A stretch of 64,000 nt of DNA from contig NZ_JMCB01000003.1 of assembly GCF_000737315.1 (NCBI RefSeq), positions 558,001 to 622,000 on the forward strand. The letters are read 5' to 3'. A program made the translations under genes and the position numbers. The DNA is from Hyalangium minutum (lineage in GTDB: Bacteria > Myxococcota > Myxococcia > Myxococcales > Myxococcaceae). Positions within the stretch are counted from its first letter, which is position 1, and the number at the start of each line of letters is the position of its first letter. This document shows, piece by piece, positions 58,645 through 64,000 of this stretch. Under the pieces are notes generated by a model, which saw only the letters and a program-made list of their open reading frames with translations, was not told the origin of the DNA and ran no database searches.

Positions 58645-59426
58645 GGCCCGGCGATCTGGAGGCGTGTGATCCGGAGTTCCAGCGGCGCCATGCCGGCTGG
58701 ATCACGAAGGCCGTGCGCACGTGGTTCCGAGCGGACATCCAGGGAATGGAGCACCTGCCGGACGGTCCATTCGTGGGCGTCGGGAACCACAGCGGAGGGG
58801 TGCTGATTCCGGACACCCTGCTGTGGGTCGGCACGTACCACACGTCGGGGCGCAAGCCGCCGATGGTGACGCTGGCCCACGATGGGATGTTCGACGCGTA
58901 CCCGAAGCGGCTCGCGAGCGCCCTGGCGAAGCTGGGGGCGGTACGGGCGCGCAAAGAGATCGCGGCCGAGGCGCTTCGGAGAGGCTTCGCCGTGCAGGTG
59001 TACCCGGGAGGCGACCACGACGCGTGCCGGCCTTTCTCGCGGAGGAACGAGATCGTCTTCGCGGGCCGCAAGGGCTACGTGGAACTGGCACGGGAGGCAG
59101 GAGTGCCGATCGTGCCCGTGGTGTCGGTGGGAGCGCACGAAGCCTTGGTGGTGCTCTCGGACGGGGCGTCGCTGGCGAAGCGGCTGGGCCTTGACCGCCG
59201 CTTCCGCCTGAAGGCGTTTCCGATCACGTTGTGCCTGCCGTGGGGAATCTGGCTGGGTCCCCTGCCCGGCTATCTGCCGCTGCCCGCGAAGATGAGCCTT
59301 CGGGTGTTGCCGCCAATCTCCGCCGAGGGTGGGGACATCGACGCGATTGACGCGCGTGTGCGAGCATCCATGCAACGCGCGGCTGACGAGCTGGCACGAA
59401 GGAGACGCTTCCCATGGATCGGATGA
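58641..59426 (+). CDS. Lysophospholipid/MGAT-DGAT2-like acyltransferase
   Basis: NHSGG (HxxxxD: HSGGVLIPD), YPGGD, RKGYVELAREAGVPIVPV; GTGA overlap with the upstream gene. Confidence 0.88.
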   Translation: MRPGDLEACDPEFQRRHAGWITKAVRTWFRADIQGMEHLPDGPFVGVGNHSGGVLIPDTLLWVGTYHTSGRKPPMVTLAHDGMFDAYPKRLASALAKLGAVRARKEIAAEALRRGFAVQVYPGGDHDACRPFSRRNEIVFAGRKGYVELAREAGVPIVPVVSVGAHEALVVLSDGASLAKRLGLDRRFRLKAFPITLCLPWGIWLGPLPGYLPLPAKMSLRVLPPISAEGGDIDAIDARVRASMQRAADELARRRRFPWIG

Positions 59427-60892
59427 AGGTCTTCAGGTTCGACGAGTCCCTGGACGTGAACACCGCGACAGAGAGCGAGCTCGGGGCGAGGCTGGAGCGG
59501 CTCTGGGACAAAGCGCCGGAGCTGCGGCCTCGGCCGGAGATGCACGACTACCAGCTCACCTACCCGCCCGCGGTGCAGATGGAGAAGCGGGACGGCTACC
59601 GGCGCACACCCACGGACGAGGAATACCTGCGCGACGCGGTGGGAGCGTTCAACGCGGCCGGGTATTACTTCCATTTTGGCTTCTGCAAGTACCGTTGCCG
59701 CTACTGCTTCCACTACGAGCTGCTGACGCGGCACAACGATGAGCTGATGTCGCGGTACGTGGATGCGCTCTCGCTGGAAATGCGGCACGTCCGGGAGCTG
59801 ACGCCGAAGCTGAAGCCCGCGCTGTACTTCCTGGGAGGCGGCACCCCGACGGCCCTGCCAGTGCACCTGCTGGAGCGGTTCCTGAAGAACCTGGTGACGC
59901 ACTTCGGCCCGCCGCGCACGTCGATGAGCACGGTGGAGGCCAAGCCGGTGACGGCGTCGGATGACAAGCTCCGGGCTCTGGTCCAGGCGGGCTTCCGGCG
60001 CATCAACTTCGGGGTGCAGACGCTGGATCCGGAGCTCTACGCTTTCCACCACCAGAAGGAGGACATGCGGGTCGCCCTGGATGCGATCGAGCGGGCCCGG
60101 AAGCTCGGTTTCGAGTACATCAACATCGACATCATGACGGGGCTGGAGCGGCAAACGCCCGAGTCCTGGCAGAAGACGCTCACGGAGATCGAGCGGCTGG
60201 CGACGAGCGGCGCAGTGGACAGCGTCTTCATCTACCCGTACCACGACGATCCGCGCAGCGGCACGTACGGGAAGCCCGGGGCAGTCCCCTCCATCGTGCA
60301 GACAGCGCACAGCGACGCGCAGGCGCGGGCGCTGTTCACGCGGCTGGGCTGGAAGGAGCTGGGCGCGAGGTTCTACAGGGCGCCTCGGCACGTGCGGCGC
60401 GAGATCCTGGAGCTGGCGAAGCTGCGAGTGAACCCGGCCTACGGCGAGGTGCTGTACCACGGGCTGGGCAACTCCAGCTTCTCGATCGGGGATCGGGCGA
60501 CGTTCCTGAACCACCGGGACGTGCAGGACTACTGCGCGGCGGTGGAGAAAGGCGGCCTGGGCATCGCGTACTGGCGGACGCTGGATAACGCCCAACGGGC
60601 AACGCGGGACGTGACGTTCGACCTGCTCTACAGCCCGTTCACGCGGGTACGCTCACGGGCGAGGAAGTACGGGGCGGAGACGATGGCGCACCACCGCAAG
60701 CAGCTGGAGCGGTGGGCCGAGCTGGGCCTGGGCGAAGAGAACTGGCTGCTGGGCACGTTCTCGCTGTCACCGCTCGGCAAGCTGGTGCACCAGCAGCTCA
60801 TCCCCCAGCACTACCTGGCCGAGGATCGCCGCGAGCTGGAAGAGACGATGCAGCGGCGCCAGCAAGAAGGCCGCCGCTACCGAGGCTACTGA
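59423..60892 (+). CDS. HemN-like (class C-type) radical SAM protein
   Basis: FCKYRCRYCFHY (CxxxCxxC), LGGGTPT, INFGVQT, NIDIMTGL..QT; ATGA overlap with the acyltransferase stop. Confidence 0.86.
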   Translation: MKVFRFDESLDVNTATESELGARLERLWDKAPELRPRPEMHDYQLTYPPAVQMEKRDGYRRTPTDEEYLRDAVGAFNAAGYYFHFGFCKYRCRYCFHYELLTRHNDELMSRYVDALSLEMRHVRELTPKLKPALYFLGGGTPTALPVHLLERFLKNLVTHFGPPRTSMSTVEAKPVTASDDKLRALVQAGFRRINFGVQTLDPELYAFHHQKEDMRVALDAIERARKLGFEYINIDIMTGLERQTPESWQKTLTEIERLATSGAVDSVFIYPYHDDPRSGTYGKPGAVPSIVQTAHSDAQARALFTRLGWKELGARFYRAPRHVRREILELAKLRVNPAYGEVLYHGLGNSSFSIGDRATFLNHRDVQDYCAAVEKGGLGIAYWRTLDNAQRATRDVTFDLLYSPFTRVRSRARKYGAETMAHHRKQLERWAELGLGEENWLLGTFSLSPLGKLVHQQLIPQHYLAEDRRELEETMQRRQQEGRRYRGY

Positions 60893-60909
60893 CCCCGCTC
60901 CGCCCCGGC

Positions 60910-62892
60910 TCAGAGGTTGACGGAGCCGTCAGCCATTTGCGCCAGGCCCGGATGCGTCGTCACGAGCAGCACCTGCGTCAGCGTGCCCAGGTGCTTCAGC
61001 ATGCGCCCAATCAGCGGCAGCTTCACCTCGTCCATGCCGACGAACGGGTGCTCCATGATGAACGGGTACTTCACCCGGGTGCTCACCTTCTCCACGACCA
61101 CCATGCGCAACGCCAGGTAGTACATGTCCAGGTCGCGCGGGGGGATGTCGCCCACGAGCAGCTGTTGGCCCGGCACGAACACCGAAGCCCTACCGTCCTT
61201 GTCCCACTCGACGCCCAGATAGCGGCGATCCGTGAGCGCGCTCAGGTACTGGGTGCAGCGATCCCGCAGCATCCCGCCCAGCGTGGTGATGTCCGTGGAC
61301 AGCAGATCCGCCGCCAGCATCATCACCACCGGAGACGGATCCTCCATCGGCCCCGAGCCCATCCCCGCCGGCTCCGCACCCGCCGGCCCCGCCCCAGCGG
61401 GAGTCGGAGGCGGCGCTCCCGCCTTGGCCAGAACGATGGACTCCTTGGTCCGGGAGAGCTCGCGCTCCACCTCGCGCAGATCGCGCACGAAGGAGCCCTT
61501 CCGGGAGACTTCGACGCTGAGCTCGTCGATCTGCTGCTTGATCTCGTCGCGCTGCTGCCCGGCGGCGACGAAGTCCGGATCGGCCTCCATGGCCGCGAGC
61601 TGATCCCTCAGCTCGTTGAAGCGCTGCTCCAACAGGCCCTTGCGCTCGAAGACGCCTGGAATGTCCTCGTGGTTCTCCAGCTCGAGGATCTTCATCGCCT
61701 TGCGCACCGGCGAGACCTCAGCCTCGAACTCCTCGAGGATCTTCTTCTCGCGGGCGGAGAACATGCCCTCCTTGTTGCGCACGGTGGACGTCTTCGACAG
61801 GTCGTCCACGTACCGCAGCGCCAGCATCGCCGCGAAGCCGAACGCCGGGATGTCCAGCAGCGTCAGGTACCGCCAGCCGCTGTCCACCGCGAAGCCCAGG
61901 ATGATGCCGCCCAGCAGGAACAGGGCGCCGACCCCGAGCCCCGCCCAGAACAGCCGGTTCTGCTTCAGGGGCTCCACCGCGACCGGAGCCGCCGCCGCGT
62001 CCTGCTCGCGCTCCACGGCCAGCCGGTTCAGCGCGTCGTCCTTCTTGGCCACCACCTTGGAATAGCGCTCCACGCGCGTCAGGATGTCCGCGGGCAGCCC
62101 CAGCGACTCGGGGGTGGGCGCGGCGTTCCACGCGTTCTCCGCGTCCCGCACGGCCGCCTTCACGCCCTCGGTGCTCTTCAGCTTCCGCTCGGTCTCGAAG
62201 AGCTGCGAGTTCAACCCGTCCAGCTTGAACTGCACCTCCTCCATCTCGCGAGACTTCACCAGTTCCTGCTCCAGCTCCTTCACCTTGGCCTCAGCCGCGG
62301 GGATGTTCTCCGCGGGGGCCACCGCCTGGGTGCTGGCCAGGGCCGGCATGTTCGGGTTGCTCGCGAGCCCTCCGTGCCCGTGCCCGCTGTGCAGGCCCGG
62401 GTTGCTCGCCGCGCCGGGCATCGACGGCCGCTTGAGATCCGGCTTCGAGGTGCGCACCCGCGGGCGGCGCGACGGGAGCTGGCTCGGCATCAGGCAGCAC
62501 ACCTGCTCCCAGACGTTGCGCGACGGCAGGCCCACCTGCACGCGCAGGAACTGGCCGATCTCCGCCGTGTCCCCGGACACCAGCTCCGGAGGCTGCCCCG
62601 GCACCGTCTGCTTGTGCAGCGTCCCCGAGCCGCCCAGCTCCCGTAGCAGCCGGTACGTGAGGTTGTCCTGGCCCAGCATGGTGAAGGCGGACTTGCCACG
62701 CTTATCGGCCTGCGCCGAGAAGCTGGCATCGTCGCCACGCCCATCGGCGTACAGGAGCGCCAGGGACAGCGCCGCCAGAGGCGTCATCTCGGCGGCTGGG
62801 GGCTTGAGGACGAGGTAGCCCGGCTTGAGCTGGAAGCGGCCTTGTGCCGAGAAACCCCGGACGTTTTGGACAGCAACCTCGAGGAAGTGCAT
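60910..62892 (-). CDS. SMC/Rad50/YhaN-like coiled-coil membrane protein with degenerate ATPase motifs
   Basis: N-terminal FLEVAVQNVRGF strand; coiled coils; two TM helices (LFWAGLGVGALFLLGGIILG..., IPAFGFAAMLAL); C-terminal ..YLALRM...PFIMEHPFVGMD resembles the Walker B/D-loop region. Confidence 0.65.
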   Translation of the reverse strand: MHFLEVAVQNVRGFSAQGRFQLKPGYLVLKPPAAEMTPLAALSLALLYADGRGDDASFSAQADKRGKSAFTMLGQDNLTYRLLRELGGSGTLHKQTVPGQPPELVSGDTAEIGQFLRVQVGLPSRNVWEQVCCLMPSQLPSRRPRVRTSKPDLKRPSMPGAASNPGLHSGHGHGGLASNPNMPALASTQAVAPAENIPAAEAKVKELEQELVKSREMEEVQFKLDGLNSQLFETERKLKSTEGVKAAVRDAENAWNAAPTPESLGLPADILTRVERYSKVVAKKDDALNRLAVEREQDAAAAPVAVEPLKQNRLFWAGLGVGALFLLGGIILGFAVDSGWRYLTLLDIPAFGFAAMLALRYVDDLSKTSTVRNKEGMFSAREKKILEEFEAEVSPVRKAMKILELENHEDIPGVFERKGLLEQRFNELRDQLAAMEADPDFVAAGQQRDEIKQQIDELSVEVSRKGSFVRDLREVERELSRTKESIVLAKAGAPPPTPAGAGPAGAEPAGMGSGPMEDPSPVVMMLAADLLSTDITTLGGMLRDRCTQYLSALTDRRYLGVEWDKDGRASVFVPGQQLLVGDIPPRDLDMYYLALRMVVVEKVSTRVKYPFIMEHPFVGMDEVKLPLIGRMLKHLGTLTQVLLVTTHPGLAQMADGSVNL

Positions 62893-62919
62893 GCGCGGCC
62901 CCATCCTAGCGCACCAACG

Positions 62920-62954
62920 AAAAAAGGAGCGTCCGCGAACGGACACTCCTTTTT
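62920..62954 (-). terminator. Rho-independent terminator after rplS
   Basis: Minus strand aaaaaggagtgtccg-ttcg-cggacgctcctttttt: GC stem, UUCG loop, U6 tail. Confidence 0.85.
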
Positions 62955-63000
62955 CGAAACTGCGGAGACCTGAGAGAGCGGCCCGGGGGGCCTCCCCGAA

Positions 63001-63375
63001 CTAGGACTTCTTGGCGGCCGGGGTGTTCTCTTCCTGCACGTCCACGCGGGAAGCCTTGCCCTTGAGGTTGCGGAGGTAGAAGAGGCGGTTGCGGTTCACG
63101 CTGCCGCGGGAGAGGATCTCGATCTTCTCGTAGCGGGGGCTGTGCAGCGGGAAGATGCGCTCCACGCCGACGCCGAAGGACACCTTGCGCACGGTGAAGC
63201 TGGCGCGGTTGCTGCCCTTCTTCTTGCGGATGACGACACCCTCGAACGCCTGGACGCGCTCCTTCTCGCCCTCCTTCACCTTCCAGTGGACCCGGACGGA
63301 GTCCCCGGTCCGGAAATCGACCAGCTCCTTGCGGAGGTGCTTGGACTCGACGTACTCGATGGCGCTTCGACGCAT
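63001..63375 (-). CDS. rplS: 50S ribosomal protein L19
   Basis: [26 protein letters not shown]...[21 protein letters not shown]. Confidence 0.98.
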   Translation of the reverse strand: MRRSAIEYVESKHLRKELVDFRTGDSVRVHWKVKEGEKERVQAFEGVVIRKKKGSNRASFTVRKVSFGVGVERIFPLHSPRYEKIEILSRGSVNRNRLFYLRNLKGKASRVDVQEENTPAAKKS

Positions 63376-63506
63376 GACTGTCCTCAGAAATCCTGTGTGG
63401 TGCGAATCGACCAGTAAGAGGGGGGCCTAGTAGCAGAGACGAGCGGGTCGGACAAGTCCGCAGATTGCCCAGTGTTTCCTCTCCCCACCCCCACCCAACC
63501 CGGGTG

Positions 63507-64000
63507 CTACAGGTCTTCCTCCCGGAGGGCGAGCAGTTTCTGATCCGCCTTCCCGAGCTCCAGGCGGCCAAAGAGGTCCGGCCGGCGCTCCCGGGTGAGC
63601 ATCAGGGCCTTCCAGCGGCGCCAGCGGGCGATCCGGGCGTGATCGCCGCTCTGGAGCACGGCGGGTACCTCGGCGCCCCGGAAGACAGGAGGCCGCGTGT
63701 ACTGGGGGTGCTCCAGCAGTCCCTCCTCGAAGCTCTCGCTGACGTGGGACGCCTGGTTGCCCAGCACCCCGGGGAGCAACCGGGCCACCGCATCCACCAC
63801 CGCCAGGGCTGCGATTTCCCCGCCCGTGAGGATGAAGTCCCCCAGGGACAGCTCCTCGTCCAGGAACGGCATGACGCGCTCGTCGACGCCCTCGTAGCGG
63901 CCACAGACGAGGATCAGGCCCGCGGAGTGGCTCACCAGCTCACGCGCCCGCGCCTGGGTGAACGCGGGCCCCCGAGGGCTCATCAGCAGCACCTTGGCGC
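63507..64000 (-). CDS. trmD: tRNA (guanine37-N1)-methyltransferase, 5' end outside the window
   Basis: [46 protein letters not shown]. Confidence 0.97.
   Translation of the reverse strand, partial: AKVLLMSPRGPAFTQARARELVSHSAGLILVCGRYEGVDERVMPFLDEELSLGDFILTGGEIAALAVVDAVARLLPGVLGNQASHVSESFEEGLLEHPQYTRPPVFRGAEVPAVLQSGDHARIARWRRWKALMLTRERRPDLFGRLELGKADQKLLALREEDL

Noticed and set aside
46129-60892. Classical PKS/NRPS/RiPP gene cluster
   Set aside because: No KS, A, C or ACP domains, and no obvious short precursor peptide or SPASM-domain radical SAM protein were found.

Overview
GC-rich DNA from a myxobacterium. The EncA/EncB, Oar/MlpA-like and NtrC-type genes point to the Myxococcus/Archangium/Stigmatella group; this assignment is inferred from gene content. 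From left to right: (1) the 5' end of a cGAS/DncV-like (SMODS) nucleotidyltransferase, which the ORF track misses because it runs off the window; (2) an alpha-glucan utilisation locus (sugar-binding protein, GH31, multi-CBM GH87) with LacI-type operator candidates; (3) yebC; (4) a DUF1449/YqiJ - flotillin - 1834-aa AAA+ ATPase operon, divergent from a type IB topoisomerase; (5) an Oar/MlpA-like TonB-dependent receptor pair, ppk1, an AlkZ-like protein, a TetR/epimerase pair and a 2OG oxygenase; (6) a housekeeping-like block with two tRNA-fMet genes, an S1-domain protein, murJ, encapsulin encB-encA, a sigma54 regulator, an M23 peptidase, rsmI and yraN; (7) about 21 kb of accessory-looking DNA (about 40-60.9 kb) holding sdaA, a desaturase, an IS1380 remnant with a deletion-scarred LysR cassette, a DUF2156/B12-radical-SAM pair, a 2230-aa Ig-repeat lipoprotein with a higher-order repeat, and an SDR / di-iron / unknown / acyltransferase / HemN-like radical SAM operon with a divergent paralogue of the unknown gene; (8) a degenerate SMC/YhaN-like protein, rplS and trmD. 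The best candidates for an undescribed system are the 55.7-60.9 kb putative lipid-tailoring cluster with its two HED-YDLQLL paralogues and the flotillin/giant-ATPase operon. All calls come from reading motifs by eye; no database search was run.
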